Numbered from the stretch's first letter, positions 1 through 10,898 are shown. The stretch is DNA of 38,138 nt from Candidatus Planktophila lacus (GCA_943325145.2 CALPOI020000001.1:1-38138); one strand, 5' to 3'. The notes: generated by a model not told the origin, from the sequence alone. Program-made: numbers and translations.

Positions 1-278
1 CAAACAAAGTTAAAACTTTATTGTATGCTAAAAAATCTGAAGGATAATTTTTATCAAGCCACGTGCCAATCAAACTACTGACATAAATCGTAATGCCCAT
101 TTGAAGACCTAGGGAAGAATATTTCAACCAAACATTTGTTTTTTTTACCGGTATATTTTCCATAAGACAATCTAAATAAAAACACAAATGAAATCATTCT
201 TTTAGTTAATTTACGAAATTACAACTAAAAAGAAAAGCAAGTGGATAAAAAAAGAAAACAAGCTTGTATATTTGTCCT

Positions 279-1250
279 ATGATGCGCGTTGAAGATATAA
301 TGGCACCGATTGAGCAAGAAATGAAAGAATTTGAACTTCATTTCAAAAAGAATCTCGAATCTAAAGTTCCGTTACTTGATAAAATTACCCATTACATTGT
401 AAAACGTAAGGGTAAACAAATGCGTCCAATGTTTTTGTTTTTAACTGCTAAAATGTTGGGTGAAACCAATTACCGTACCTACCAAGCGGCATCTTTGGTA
501 GAATTACTTCATACTGCAACATTAGTTCATGACGATGTGGTGGACGATTCCAATGAACGACGTGGTTTTTTCTCTATCAATGCACTTTGGAAAAATAAAA
601 TTGCTGTTTTAGTTGGCGACTATATGTTGTCGAAAATTCTTTTGCTTTCCATAGAAAATAAAAATATTCGTGTACTAGAAATTGTTGCCCGTGCAGTTCG
701 TGAAATGAGTGAAGGGGAACTTTTACAGATTGAAAAAGCTCGCAAACTTGACATCACAGAAGAAGTTTATTTTGAGGTAATTAGAAAGAAAACAGCTTCC
801 TTAATTGCTACGGTATGTGAAGCCGCTAGCGCATCCGTAGACAGAGAAGATCAAGCTGAAAACATGCAGAAATTTGGAGAACTGGTTGGACTAGCATTCC
901 AAATAAAAGACGATTTATTTGATTACGGAGGCGGAGGTGATATTGGTAAACCTACTGGACTTGATATTCGAGAAAGAAAATTAACACTTCCTTTAATTTA
1001 CACACTAAAAAATGTAGATCTTTCTACACGTAAAGAATTGATTTACATTATCAAGAACAAAAATGAAAATTCAAAATATGTTCAAAAAGCTATTTCAATT
1101 ATACAATCGACTGGAGGACTAACGTATGCACAAAACAAAATGTATGCGCTTCGAGACGAAGCTCTTTTATTGTTAGAAGACATTCCTACTTCTGAAGCTA
1201 AAACAGCATTGATTGGATTGGTTAATTATACCATTGAACGTATAAAATAA
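279..1250 (+). CDS. trans-polyprenyl diphosphate synthase (IspB/HepT-like)
   Basis: ORF 264..1250 carries the two Asp-rich motifs of polyprenyl synthases (LVHDDVVDD and FQIKDDLFDY). The ORF-track start at 264 is TTG and overlaps a TATATTTG box at 267-274, so the first in-frame ATG (279) is used. ATG 282 or 300 are also possible. Confidence 0.9.
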   Translation: MMRVEDIMAPIEQEMKEFELHFKKNLESKVPLLDKITHYIVKRKGKQMRPMFLFLTAKMLGETNYRTYQAASLVELLHTATLVHDDVVDDSNERRGFFSINALWKNKIAVLVGDYMLSKILLLSIENKNIRVLEIVARAVREMSEGELLQIEKARKLDITEEVYFEVIRKKTASLIATVCEAASASVDREDQAENMQKFGELVGLAFQIKDDLFDYGGGGDIGKPTGLDIRERKLTLPLIYTLKNVDLSTRKELIYIIKNKNENSKYVQKAISIIQSTGGLTYAQNKMYALRDEALLLLEDIPTSEAKTALIGLVNYTIERIK

Positions 1251-1259
1251 GATTACTTC

Positions 1260-1664
1260 ATGAAAAAAATATTCTATTTTATTGGGCTACTCTTCATTGT
1301 TTCTTGTTCAAGAAATAAAGAAACTACACTAAAAGAAAAACCAAAGAAAACAGAAAGTCTGGTTGAAATTTCAGATGGGATGTACACGGAATATTACCCT
1401 GGTAGGACTCAAATTAAATTTCAAGGCGGTCAAGATGAACACCATCAACGACAAGGAAAATGGACGTTTTTTAATACTGATGGAACAGAAATGAGTATCA
1501 CTTTCTACGAACATGGATTAAAACATGGACATTCTATCGTAAAATATCCTACAGGAGAGGTTTATTATTATGGTGAATACGAGAACGATAAACAAATTGG
1601 TGTTTGGAAAACATTTGATAAAAAAGGCAATTTGGTTTCAGAAAAAAACTATGATGCTCTTTAA
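1260..1664 (+). CDS. MORN-variant (YwqK-like) repeat lipoprotein
   Basis: Signal peptide ending in a lipobox-like LLFIVSC. Repeated units of the type GKWTFFNTDG, HGHSIVKYPTGE and IGVWKTFDKKGN resemble MORN-variant repeats. Confidence 0.6.
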   Translation: MKKIFYFIGLLFIVSCSRNKETTLKEKPKKTESLVEISDGMYTEYYPGRTQIKFQGGQDEHHQRQGKWTFFNTDGTEMSITFYEHGLKHGHSIVKYPTGEVYYYGEYENDKQIGVWKTFDKKGNLVSEKNYDAL

Positions 1665-1666
1665 TC

Positions 1667-3658
1667 GTGTCTAGAATTCCACCACATATCATTGACGAAA
1701 TCATGCAAACTTCTCGCATTGAAGAAGTGATTGGTGAATTTGTGAATTTAAAACGTGCTGGTTCAAACTTAAAAGGATTAAGTCCGTTTACGGATGAAAA
1801 AACTCCTTCCTTTGTTGTATCACCTGCAAAACAAATCTTTAAATGCTTTTCAACAGGCAAAGGTGGTTCAGTCGTGACCTTCTTAATGGAAAAAGAACAT
1901 TATTCGTATCCAGAAGCACTTAAATGGTTAGCGAATAAATACAATATCATTCTTCCGGAAGAAAAGGAACCAACTGCAGAAGAACTCGCTTCCATCACTG
2001 AACGAGAAAGCTTACATATCATTAATGAGTTTGCGAAGAATCATTTTTTAACCCAACTTCATGAAAATGAAGAGGGAAAAGCCATCGGACTAAGTTACTT
2101 TATTGAACGAGGGTTTAGACTCGATATCATTGAAAAATTTCAGCTTGGATACTGCTTAGACAAAGGAAATGATTTTACGGAAACAGCCCTAAAAAAAGGA
2201 TTTAAACTCGATTATTTAGAAAAAGTTGGGTTGGTAAAATCTAAAGAAAACCGACATTTTGACTTTTTTAGAGGGCGTGTAATTTTCCCCATCCATTCAG
2301 TAACAGGAAGAACTCTTGGTTTTGGTGGTCGAACACTCTTAGCAGACAAAAAAATAGCTAAATACTTTAATTCTCCCGAAAGTATTATCTACAATAAAAG
2401 TGAGATTTTATATGGTTTGTACTTTGCGAAAGGAGACATCGTAAAATACGATAATTGTTACTTAGTAGAGGGTTATACCGATGTGATCAGTATGCATCAG
2501 GCTGGTATTACCAACGTAGTATCCTCTTCAGGGACATCATTGACGCAAGGACAAATCAAACTTATCAGAAGGTATTCACAAAATGTAACCATTCTTTACG
2601 ATGGAGATGCTGCTGGAATAAAGGCCTCTTTCAGAGGTATCGATTTATTATTATCTGAAGGACTCAATGTAAGAGTTGTTTTATTTCCTGACGGAGATGA
2701 TCCAGATTCGTATTCAAAAAAAGTAGCACAAGAAGAATTATTACATTATATAACTACAAATAAAAAGGACTTCGTTACCTTCAAAGCTGAGGTTTTATTG
2801 AATGAAAATCAAGCAAATGATCCGATACAGCGTGCTAAATTAATACACGAAATTGTACAGTCTATCTCCTTGATTCCTGATTCAATTAGTCGATCTGTTT
2901 ACACGAAAGATATTTCAGCTAAATTTGATATTGATGAATCCATCATTCAACAAGAATTAGCGAAACTTCGAAAAAATAATCTTGCCAAATCATCAGCGGC
3001 ACCAAGTGAGGTACCTTCAGAAAATGCTTTTCTCCCTCCTGTAGTTACCGAAACACCAACACAAATTACTACTACTTCGACCAAAAAAGTCGATAAAATC
3101 AATCATACCGAAGAAGACTTGCTTCGAATTTTAATAAAATATGGACCATTTGCGGTTGAGATTGAACAACAAGATGAACATGGAAAAGACGTACTTGCTG
3201 AAGTTTCTGTCGCTGAATTAATTTGTCATGAATTACATCGGGATGAATTAACATTTAACCATCCTGTTTACAACCGAATTTACCAACAAATAAGTGAAGG
3301 ACTTACGCAGCAAATACTATACAAATCAAGTTACTTTATGCGTTCAGAGGATCAGGAAATTGTGAAAATTGTTTCTGAATTTGAATCTGAAAACTACGAA
3401 TTAAGTCATAATTGGCTAACTTTGAAGAACATCGAAACGAACTACGAAATCGATAAATTAAAAAGTGCTGTAATGACCTCTATTTACACGTTCAAAACAG
3501 ACAAATTACAACAACGCATTGATGAGATTAGAGTAGCATTAGCTTCAATTTCAGAAGATGAAATCACTACAATAGAAGATTTATTAATCGAACAGATCAC
3601 CCTTGAAAAAGTTAAAATAGCATTTGCAGAAAAGTTAGGCAGAATAATATTACGATAA
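1667..3658 (+). CDS. dnaG: DNA primase DnaG
   Basis: GTG start. N-terminal primase finger region (EKTPSFVVSP..KCFSTGKGG), primase core, and TOPRIM motifs YLVEGYTDVIS and ILYDGDAAG. Confidence 0.92.
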   Translation: MSRIPPHIIDEIMQTSRIEEVIGEFVNLKRAGSNLKGLSPFTDEKTPSFVVSPAKQIFKCFSTGKGGSVVTFLMEKEHYSYPEALKWLANKYNIILPEEKEPTAEELASITERESLHIINEFAKNHFLTQLHENEEGKAIGLSYFIERGFRLDIIEKFQLGYCLDKGNDFTETALKKGFKLDYLEKVGLVKSKENRHFDFFRGRVIFPIHSVTGRTLGFGGRTLLADKKIAKYFNSPESIIYNKSEILYGLYFAKGDIVKYDNCYLVEGYTDVISMHQAGITNVVSSSGTSLTQGQIKLIRRYSQNVTILYDGDAAGIKASFRGIDLLLSEGLNVRVVLFPDGDDPDSYSKKVAQEELLHYITTNKKDFVTFKAEVLLNENQANDPIQRAKLIHEIVQSISLIPDSISRSVYTKDISAKFDIDESIIQQELAKLRKNNLAKSSAAPSEVPSENAFLPPVVTETPTQITTTSTKKVDKINHTEEDLLRILIKYGPFAVEIEQQDEHGKDVLAEVSVAELICHELHRDELTFNHPVYNRIYQQISEGLTQQILYKSSYFMRSEDQEIVKIVSEFESENYELSHNWLTLKNIETNYEIDKLKSAVMTSIYTFKTDKLQQRIDEIRVALASISEDEITTIEDLLIEQITLEKVKIAFAEKLGRIILR

Positions 3659-3660
3659 CC

Positions 3661-4779
3661 ATGAGTGAAACACTATTTGAATTAGGTCCTTACAAAGTTT
3701 GTTTATGGAATTTATTGGCGCTTTCGTTCATCTACGGAATCGCATTTATATTTCGGAGAATCCTACATGAAGTTCTAAAAAAATATTTAGTTGGCGCCAA
3801 CTTTAAATTTGAAGGAAGAAAAACTGCATGGTTGCGATTAGTAAGTCAAGGCGTATATTTTTTAGCGGGGTATATTTCCATTCTTAGTTTTAAGATTAAC
3901 AATAACAATGTTTCCTTTAAAGAATTTCTATCGTATCGTATCATAGAATCAAGGCAAGTCAATATTTCATTCTTGCAAATTATTATTGTCATAGGTATTT
4001 TCTTCGGTGCTCGAATGGGAGTGAATTTTGTAAAATTATACTTCAACAAGAAATTCCGACAAAAAGCAAATCACAATACAAGCACAGAATACATTTATGT
4101 ACAACTTAGTAAATACGTTATCTATGTATTTTCTATTTTTTTCAGTTTAAAAGTATTAGAAATAGATTTTACCATCTTATTGACTGGTTCTGCTGCTCTT
4201 TTGGTTGGATTAGGATTGGGACTACAAGATGTGTTTAGAGATATGTTTTCTGGGTTAGTTTTACTTTTTGAAGGCACCATCAAAATTGGCGACATCATTG
4301 AACTAAGAGATTCAAAGTTTAAAGAACCAGTTTTTGCAAAAATTTTAAAAATCAATGTGAGAACAACTCAAATTGAAACAAGAGATGGAAATGTATTCAT
4401 CATTCCCAATGCAAAACTGACGCAAGAATACGTTGAAAACTGGAGCCATGGCAACGAATTAACACGATCACTCATTCTATTAACCGTTGCTTATGGTACA
4501 GATACCGAACTAGTGTCCACTTTACTTCGACAAGCGGCATTAAGTCATCCTAAAGTGAAAAAAAATCAACCGATACAAGTGCGTCTTCGAAACTTTGGTG
4601 ACAATGGACTCGAAATGGAATTATTATTTTGGACCGATAATAGTTGGGACATCAGCAACTACAAATCAGACATTCGAATGGAAATCAATCGTTTATTTAA
4701 ACAATATGCAATTGTAATACCTTACCCACAACGTCATATTATCATCGATGAAAGCCACAAACAAACCAATGAGCTTTAA
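3661..4779 (+). CDS. mechanosensitive ion channel (MscS family)
   Basis: Several N-terminal TM helices followed by an MscS pore/beta-domain signature, LVGLGLGLQDVFRDMFSGLVLLFEGTIKIGDIIEL. Confidence 0.8.
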   Translation: MSETLFELGPYKVCLWNLLALSFIYGIAFIFRRILHEVLKKYLVGANFKFEGRKTAWLRLVSQGVYFLAGYISILSFKINNNNVSFKEFLSYRIIESRQVNISFLQIIIVIGIFFGARMGVNFVKLYFNKKFRQKANHNTSTEYIYVQLSKYVIYVFSIFFSLKVLEIDFTILLTGSAALLVGLGLGLQDVFRDMFSGLVLLFEGTIKIGDIIELRDSKFKEPVFAKILKINVRTTQIETRDGNVFIIPNAKLTQEYVENWSHGNELTRSLILLTVAYGTDTELVSTLLRQAALSHPKVKKNQPIQVRLRNFGDNGLEMELLFWTDNSWDISNYKSDIRMEINRLFKQYAIVIPYPQRHIIIDESHKQTNEL

Positions 4780-5389
4780 ACTTTTATTTTTAGTTATTTG
4801 TGTCTCAATTTCCTATTTGACGGTCAACGCACAATCGTACGATGTTGATTTACTTCGTAAAATCAACCACAGTTATTCAGAACCAACAGGAAATGTAATG
4901 TGGGTAATTTCAGAAAGTATTACTCCAGTTGCAATTGCTACACCATTGAGTGTTTTTGCCCTTGCTTGGATAAAAAAAGACCGTAAAATAGCACTCAAAG
5001 GATTAGAAATTGCGAGCGCAGAAATCATTTCTTCACTAATAACCTCCCCACTAAAACTAGGTTTAAAAAGGGAACGTCCTTTTGTAACGCATAGCGACAT
5101 AAATAAATATTCTACTGGAGGCTCTTACTCATTTCCATCAGGTCATACAAGCATGGCCTTTGCAACAGCTACTTCACTTTCATTAGTTTGCCCTAAATGG
5201 TATGTCATCGTTCCTAGTTTTACCTATGCTTCATTGATGGGGTATTCAAGAATGTACCTTGGTGTTCATTATCCAAGTGATGTACTGATTGGAGCAATTA
5301 TCGGTTCAGGATCTGCCTATCTCAGTCATTATCTATTCAAAAAAATCTCTGAGAATAAAAAAAATACTTCTACAGCAAATCTTTTCTAA
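4748..5389 (+). CDS. PAP2-family phosphatase (phosphatidic acid / undecaprenyl-PP phosphatase type)
   Basis: Three PAP2 motifs (KRERPF, PSGHTS, SRMYLGVHYPSDV) and a hydrophobic N-terminus. It overlaps the upstream gene by 32 nt; an alternative ATG at 4769 is possible. Confidence 0.8.
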   Translation: MKATNKPMSFKLLFLVICVSISYLTVNAQSYDVDLLRKINHSYSEPTGNVMWVISESITPVAIATPLSVFALAWIKKDRKIALKGLEIASAEIISSLITSPLKLGLKRERPFVTHSDINKYSTGGSYSFPSGHTSMAFATATSLSLVCPKWYVIVPSFTYASLMGYSRMYLGVHYPSDVLIGAIIGSGSAYLSHYLFKKISENKKNTSTANLF

Positions 5390-5390
5390 A

Positions 5391-5417
5391 AGATAAACTG
5401 ATTAAGACAGTTTATCT
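5391..5417. terminator. hairpin between convergent PAP2 and gpsA genes
   Basis: Perfect 10-bp stem agataaactg/cagtttatct with a 7-nt loop. The right arm overlaps the gpsA stop codon. Neither side has a clean T tract, so function is uncertain. Confidence 0.35.
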
Positions 5418-6400
5418 GCTAAGATGCGCATTTCGATGGTCGGGGAAATTTTTTCGTATACAATGTTGTACACTGCTTCAATAATAGGCATTTCTACTTG
5501 AAACTTTTTATTGATTTCCATCAAACATTTCACTGCATAATATCCTTCAGCAACCATTTCCATTTCTAATTGGGCACTTTTTACAGAATAACCTTTCCCA
5601 ATCATGAATCCAAAAGTTCGGTTCCGAGAAAATTTTGAATAGGCAGTCACCAATAAATCTCCTAAATACGCTGAAGACTTAACATCTCTGTGAATCGGAC
5701 TTACAACATCTATAAAGTTTTCAATTTCTTGAATCGCATTGGAAATTAACACCGATTGAAAGTTATCTCCATAACCTAAACCAGAGCAAATACCAGAAGC
5801 AACTGCATATACATTTTTGAGTACCGCAGAAAATTCAGTCCCAAATAAATCGTCCGAAATCGTTGTTTTGATGTATCTGCATGCAAGTGATCGGGCCATT
5901 ATTGTTGCAATGCTATCGTCTTGACACGCAATTGTTAAATAGGATAAACGTTCTAACGCAACTTCTTCCGCATGACAAGGTCCGCAGATGATTCCTATTT
6001 TATGGTAAGGTACTCCAAACGTTTTGTGGATAAAACGAGCAGGAATTGCATTGTATTCAGGGATGATTCCTTTTACAGCTGAAAAAACAACTTTTCCTTC
6101 GAACATATCCTTCGTTACATTTTCGAATAACTTAGTTAAAAATGCAGAAGGTGTGGCAATGATAATGTAATTGGCTGCCTCTAAAATTTCATTTAAATCG
6201 TTCGAAATATGTAATTTGTCGGTATTAAATTCAACAGATTGCAAATATTTAGGATTGTGCTTGAAATTTTTGATATGGTTCACATGTTCTTCTGAACGCA
6301 CCCACCAGTGTACTGTATCTAAATTGTTACATAGAATTTTCACGATGGCAGTTGCCCAACTACCTCCGCCAATAACAGCTATTTTTTTATCTTTCACCAT
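5402..6400 (-). CDS. gpsA: NAD(P)H-dependent glycerol-3-phosphate dehydrogenase
   Basis: N-terminal Rossmann motif IAVIGGGSWATA and full-length GpsA-like layout at the typical 332 aa. Confidence 0.9.
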   Translation of the reverse strand: MVKDKKIAVIGGGSWATAIVKILCNNLDTVHWWVRSEEHVNHIKNFKHNPKYLQSVEFNTDKLHISNDLNEILEAANYIIIATPSAFLTKLFENVTKDMFEGKVVFSAVKGIIPEYNAIPARFIHKTFGVPYHKIGIICGPCHAEEVALERLSYLTIACQDDSIATIMARSLACRYIKTTISDDLFGTEFSAVLKNVYAVASGICSGLGYGDNFQSVLISNAIQEIENFIDVVSPIHRDVKSSAYLGDLLVTAYSKFSRNRTFGFMIGKGYSVKSAQLEMEMVAEGYYAVKCLMEINKKFQVEMPIIEAVYNIVYEKISPTIEMRILADKLS

Positions 6401-6411
6401 ATATGAGATTA

Positions 6412-6419
6412 CAAAAGTA
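6412..6419 (-). promoter_or_regulatory. candidate Bacteroidota -7 box (TACTTTTG) for gpsA
   Basis: The minus strand reads TACTTTTG, matching the TAnnTTTG consensus. It lies 11 nt upstream of the gpsA ATG. Confidence 0.4.
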
Positions 6420-6515
6420 AACTTAATTTAAAATTATACGGCAAAAACAACAACTTTAATCAGTTTTTTGCACTTTTGTAGTATAGCGCTTTTTCAACAT
6501 TAACACTCTAAATTT

Positions 6516-8417
6516 ATGATTAATAACTTGAAAATTAAAAACTTAGAAGAATATCATTCCGCTTATCACCAAAGTATTACTGACCCGTCAGAATTTTGGG
6601 GAACCATTGCATCTGAGTTTTATTGGCGAAAAAAATGGAGTAAAGTACTAGATTGGGAATTCGCTACTCCACGTGTGGAATGGTTTGTTGGTGCAACCTT
6701 AAACATTACCGAAAACATTTTTGAAAGAAATTTTCCAGATAAAAAAGATTCCGTTGCATTACTTTGGGAGCCAAACTCTGACTCCGATCAACCATTGAGT
6801 ATTACTTATTTTGAATTGTACGAAAGAGTGAACCAATGTGCAAATGCATTAAAATCATTGGGGGTTAAAAAGGGAGATCGCGTATGTATTTATCTTCCAA
6901 TGGTTCCTGAATTAGCCATCAGCGTTTTGGCTTGTGCACGCATTGGAGCGATTCATTCTGTAGTTTTTGCTGGCTTTTCAGCAAGTTCACTTTCAGATCG
7001 CCTCAACGATGCAGAAGCATCATTGGTCATCACTTCCGATGGATTAAATCGCGGAGCTAAAACTATGGCTCTAAAGGATGTTGTAGATGAAGCATTGTTA
7101 ACTGCGCCTTCTGTTGAAAAAACATTGGTAGTAAATGTATTGAATACTCCGATTGAAATGGTAGCAGGACGAGATGTAAGATGGGATGAACTTGTACCTC
7201 TCCAGTCAAAAGAATGTACTGCAACTCCGATGTCGAGTGAAGATCCTTTATTTATTCTTTATACCTCTGGGTCTACAGGCAAACCAAAAGGTGTGGTACA
7301 TACTTGTGGTGGATACATGGTTTACACTGCGTATACGTTTTTAAATGTGTACCAATACGAACCAAGGGATGTCCATTGGTGTACCGCAGATATCGGTTGG
7401 ATCACTGGACATTCTTACATTTTATACGGACCTTTGCTTTGTGGAGCGACTACACTTATGTTTGAAGGTATTCCAACTTTTCCACATCCTGGAAGATTTT
7501 GGGAGATTGTCGAAAAATATAAAGTATCTCAATTCTTAACTGCTCCAACCGCAATTCGCTCGTTGATGGCTTTTGGAGAAGCACCTATTGAAAAATATGA
7601 TTTAAGCTCGTTAAAGATATTGGGAACAGTAGGTGAACCTATCAATGAAGAAGCATGGCACTGGTACCATACGCATGTAGGCAAAGAAAAATGTCCTGTA
7701 GTAGACAATTGGTGGCAAACAGAAACAGGAGGAATCATGATTTCGGGTATTGGTTCTATTTCTCCTCAAAAACCAACCTATGCAGGTTATCCTTTACCTG
7801 GAATACAACCCGTATTACTGACCGAAAAAGGAGAAGAGATCACTGCGAATGAAGTCGAAGGATATCTTTGTATAAAACATCCTTGGCCTTCCATCATACG
7901 AACTACGTTTAGAAACCATGCAAGATGTAAAGAAGCTTATTTTTCAATGTATGAAAACTACTATTTTACAGGAGATGGTGCTAAAAGAGACGAAAATGGT
8001 ATGTACAGAATCATTGGAAGAATTGACGATGTTATTAACGTTTCAGGTCACCGATTTGGAACTGCTGAAATCGAGAATGCCATTAATGAAGATCCTTTTG
8101 TAATTGAATCAGCGGTTGTTGGTTATCCACATCCGGTAAAAGGGCAATCGATTTATGCATTTGTAGTTTTGGAACACGACTCAATAGATACTACCTCAAT
8201 CAATCAATCCATCGTTGCAACTGTAACTTCACTAATTGGTAAAATTGCGCTTCCTGAAAAAATTCAAGTTGTAAGTGGATTACCAAAAACACGTTCTGGA
8301 AAGATTATGCGTAGAATCTTACGGAAAATCGCAGAAAATGAATTAGAAAACTTAGGTGATACTTCTACATTGTTAGATCCTACAGTGGTGAGTGAAATAA
8401 TTGCGAATCGGTTGTAG
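6516..8417 (+). CDS. acs: acetyl-CoA synthetase
   Basis: AMP-binding signature YTSGSTGKPKG, plus WWQTETGG and the C-terminal PKTRSGKIMRR. 633 aa. Confidence 0.95.
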   Translation: MINNLKIKNLEEYHSAYHQSITDPSEFWGTIASEFYWRKKWSKVLDWEFATPRVEWFVGATLNITENIFERNFPDKKDSVALLWEPNSDSDQPLSITYFELYERVNQCANALKSLGVKKGDRVCIYLPMVPELAISVLACARIGAIHSVVFAGFSASSLSDRLNDAEASLVITSDGLNRGAKTMALKDVVDEALLTAPSVEKTLVVNVLNTPIEMVAGRDVRWDELVPLQSKECTATPMSSEDPLFILYTSGSTGKPKGVVHTCGGYMVYTAYTFLNVYQYEPRDVHWCTADIGWITGHSYILYGPLLCGATTLMFEGIPTFPHPGRFWEIVEKYKVSQFLTAPTAIRSLMAFGEAPIEKYDLSSLKILGTVGEPINEEAWHWYHTHVGKEKCPVVDNWWQTETGGIMISGIGSISPQKPTYAGYPLPGIQPVLLTEKGEEITANEVEGYLCIKHPWPSIIRTTFRNHARCKEAYFSMYENYYFTGDGAKRDENGMYRIIGRIDDVINVSGHRFGTAEIENAINEDPFVIESAVVGYPHPVKGQSIYAFVVLEHDSIDTTSINQSIVATVTSLIGKIALPEKIQVVSGLPKTRSGKIMRRILRKIAENELENLGDTSTLLDPTVVSEIIANRL

Positions 8418-8426
8418 TTCCTTTTC

Positions 8427-8472
8427 AAAAAAAAACTGTTGCAAAAGCGCTCAATGAGCTTTTGCAACAGTT
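8427..8472 (-). terminator. intrinsic terminator downstream of der (hairpin shared with convergent acs)
   Basis: 15-bp perfect stem, 8434-8448 aactgttgcaaaagc with 8458-8472 gcttttgcaacagtt. The minus strand has a run of 9 T after the hairpin (plus-strand A run 8427-8435). Confidence 0.75.
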
Positions 8473-8501
8473 ATAAATAAGATCAATGTTCCGTAAGTGG
8501 C

Positions 8502-9809
8502 TTACTTCTTTCTAAAGAATATCCTGATAGGAATACCCATAAAATTATAATTCTCACGAATTTTGTTTTCCAAGAATCTTTTGTAACTATCTGGAATATA
8601 TTGTGGTAAATTACAAAAAAATGCAAATGCCGGTGCATGCGTAGGTAATTGTGTTACAAACTTAATGTTCACATATTTACCTTTTACAGATGGTGGTGGT
8701 GTTGCCTCAATGATCGGTAACAATAAATCATTTAACTCAGAAGTAGGAATACGAGTAATTCTATTTTTATAAACCTCCATTGCTGTTTCTAACGCTTTGT
8801 GAACCCTCTGTTTGGTAATCGTAGAGGTGAACACAATTGGAACATCATTGTAAGGAGCTAATTGTTCGCGTAGTTTATCTTCGTATAATTTCATCGTCAT
8901 TGTGTCTTTTTCGACCAAATCCCATTTATTCACAAGCACAACTACCCCTTTATGATTTTTTTCAATCATGTAATAGATATTCAAATCTTGTTTTTGAATA
9001 CCTTCAGTTGCATCAATCATTAATACGGAAACATCAGAATTCTCAATAGTACGCACTGAACGTAGTGTAGAATAAAACTCAATGTCTTCAGTAACTTTTG
9101 CTCTTTTTCGAATTCCTGCTGTATCTACTAAAATAAAGTCAAATCCAAATGCCTTGTAACGCGTATTGATAGCATCTCTTGTTGTTCCTGAGATATCTGT
9201 TACAATATTGCGGTCTTCTCCAGTAATCGCATTTACAAAAGAGGATTTACCCACGTTTGGTTTACCAACAATCGCAATTTTAGGAATATTCGACTCGTCT
9301 TCCAAAACTACATTTTTATCAAATGCATTGGCGATGTCATCCAATAACTCTCCTGTCCCTCCCCCATTTGTAGCAGAAACATCGTATACATCTCCTAAAC
9401 CAAAAGACCAAAATTCTGAAGACAATCCATAACGCTGTGTGTTGTCCACTTTATTCGCAACAATAAAAACCTTCTTTTTACATTTACGGAGCATTTGCGC
9501 TACCGTTTCGTCTAAATCAACAATTCCTGTAGTCACATCCACCATAAAAATGATCACGTTTGCTTCATCAATGGCCAATTTAACTTGTTTACGAATTTCT
9601 TCTTCAAAAATATCGTCAGAACCATGTACATACCCACCAGTATCAATCACTGAAAAAGGAACACCATTCCATTCACCACGACCATAATGACGGTCACGTG
9701 TCACCCCACTCACCTCTTTTACAATGGCTTGATTGGATTCTGTTAAACGATTAAATAATGTTGACTTCCCTACATTTGGTCGACCAACAATTGCTATAAT
9801 ATTACTCAT
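8502..9809 (-). CDS. der: ribosome-associated GTPase Der (EngA)
   Basis: Two tandem GTPase domains with P-loops GRPNVGKST and [13 protein letters not shown] and NKWD motifs, and a C-terminal KH-like domain. Confidence 0.95.
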   Translation of the reverse strand: MSNIIAIVGRPNVGKSTLFNRLTESNQAIVKEVSGVTRDRHYGRGEWNGVPFSVIDTGGYVHGSDDIFEEEIRKQVKLAIDEANVIIFMVDVTTGIVDLDETVAQMLRKCKKKVFIVANKVDNTQRYGLSSEFWSFGLGDVYDVSATNGGGTGELLDDIANAFDKNVVLEDESNIPKIAIVGKPNVGKSSFVNAITGEDRNIVTDISGTTRDAINTRYKAFGFDFILVDTAGIRKRAKVTEDIEFYSTLRSVRTIENSDVSVLMIDATEGIQKQDLNIYYMIEKNHKGVVVLVNKWDLVEKDTMTMKLYEDKLREQLAPYNDVPIVFTSTITKQRVHKALETAMEVYKNRITRIPTSELNDLLLPIIEATPPPSVKGKYVNIKFVTQLPTHAPAFAFFCNLPQYIPDSYKRFLENKIRENYNFMGIPIRIFFRKK

Positions 9810-9811
9810 TC

Positions 9812-10687
9812 TTAATATCCGTATTTTTTTAATTTATGTTCAGAAGCTCTCCAATCTTTGTCCACTTTTACAAAAGTTTCCAAAAAGACTTTTTTTCCTA
9901 CAAAAGCTTCTATGTCTTTTCTTGCCTCACGTCCGATTAATTTCAACATCGAACCTCCTTTTCCAATAATAATTCCTTTTTGAGAATCACGTTCAACAAT
10001 TATGATTGCTCTAATTCGAATTAAATTTTCTTCAACGATGTACTCTTCCACTTCCACCTGGCATGAATAAGGTACTTCTTTCTCACATCTTAAGAAGATT
10101 TTTTCACGCACCATTTCTGCAACGAAGAAACGCATTGGACGGTCAGACATATCTTCTTTGTCGAAATAAGGTGGGTTTTCAGGCAATAATTCTAGGATAC
10201 GTTGCCATACCCAATCTTTTCCAAAACCATGAAGCGCTGAAACTGCAATCACTTCAGCATTTGGTAATTTTTCTTTCCAGTACTGAATACGCGCTTCCAC
10301 TTGTTGTTGTGAACCTAAATCAACTTTGTTCACTAAACAAATTACTGGTATGTTTAATTTTTTTACACGCTCCAGAGTAGCAACGTGATTCATTTCACTT
10401 TCGTAAATATCTGTAATGAATAATAAAATATCTGCGTCTTTAAATGATGATTCTACATAACTCATCATTGCCTCGTGCAACTTATACGCTGCATTTACTA
10501 CACCAGGAGTGTCAGAATAGACAACTTGATAGTCATCTCCATTCACAATTCCATGAATTCTGTGACGTGTCGTCTGTGCTTTAGAAGTTACAATCGATAA
10601 TTTTTCACCCACCATCTGGTTCATTAGCGTAGACTTACCAACGTTTGGGCTACCGACAATGTTAACAAATCCTGCTCTGTGCGACAT
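9812..10687 (-). CDS. era: GTPase Era
   Basis: P-loop [17 protein letters not shown], and a C-terminal KH domain ([11 protein letters not shown]). Only a 2-nt gap to der. Confidence 0.95.
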   Translation of the reverse strand: MSHRAGFVNIVGSPNVGKSTLMNQMVGEKLSIVTSKAQTTRHRIHGIVNGDDYQVVYSDTPGVVNAAYKLHEAMMSYVESSFKDADILLFITDIYESEMNHVATLERVKKLNIPVICLVNKVDLGSQQQVEARIQYWKEKLPNAEVIAVSALHGFGKDWVWQRILELLPENPPYFDKEDMSDRPMRFFVAEMVREKIFLRCEKEVPYSCQVEVEEYIVEENLIRIRAIIIVERDSQKGIIIGKGGSMLKLIGREARKDIEAFVGKKVFLETFVKVDKDWRASEHKLKKYGY

Positions 10688-10713
10688 TATTTTTAATTTT
10701 TTGTTAAATTTAT

Positions 10714-10744
10714 TTGGAATACAAAGAAAGTAATTATATCTTTG
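10714..10744 (+). promoter_or_regulatory. candidate promoter of tRNA-fMet (-33 TTG, -7 TATCTTTG)
   Basis: TTG at 10714-10716, then a 20-nt spacer, then TATCTTTG at 10737-10744, which matches the Bacteroidota TTG...TAnnTTTG promoter. The tRNA starts 37 nt after the box. Confidence 0.5.
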
Positions 10745-10780
10745 CAGTGCAATTAAAATTTAATGTTTAATTGAATAGAG

Positions 10781-10856
<76 letters not shown>

Positions 10857-10860
10857 AGGT

Positions 10861-10895
10861 AAAGGAATCTAGAAATAGGTTCCTTTTTTGTTTTT
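10861..10895 (+). terminator. intrinsic terminator of tRNA-fMet (copy 1)
   Basis: 9-bp stem aaaggaatc/ggttccttt with one U-G pair, loop tagaaata, then TTTTTTGTTTTT. Confidence 0.75.
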
Positions 10896-10898
10896 AAG

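Noticed and set aside
1549-1860. Antisense or out-of-frame ORFs of 60-120 aa nested in larger genes: 1549-1860, 2455-2658, 3846-4355, 4873-5100, 6171-6431, 7345-8103, 8264-8467, 8837-10380, 16068-16256, 16620-17376, 17952-19309, 20917-22062, 26819-27321, 27507-27764, 29109-30704, 31412-32939, 34059-34250, 35027-35248 and 37632-37826.
   Set aside because: Each lies wholly or largely inside a long ORF that has clear family motifs on another frame or strand. Their sequences are low-complexity with no motifs. They are typical shadow ORFs of an AT-rich genome.
10735-10760. Weak similarity (about 13 of 23 nt) between the region upstream of the tRNA (atctttgcagtgcaatt...) and the ORF 3' region (atttctgcagggaacag...), considered as a possible left-end cassette remnant.
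   Set aside because: The identity is barely above expectation for AT-rich sequence, and the stretch overlaps the predicted tRNA promoter box.
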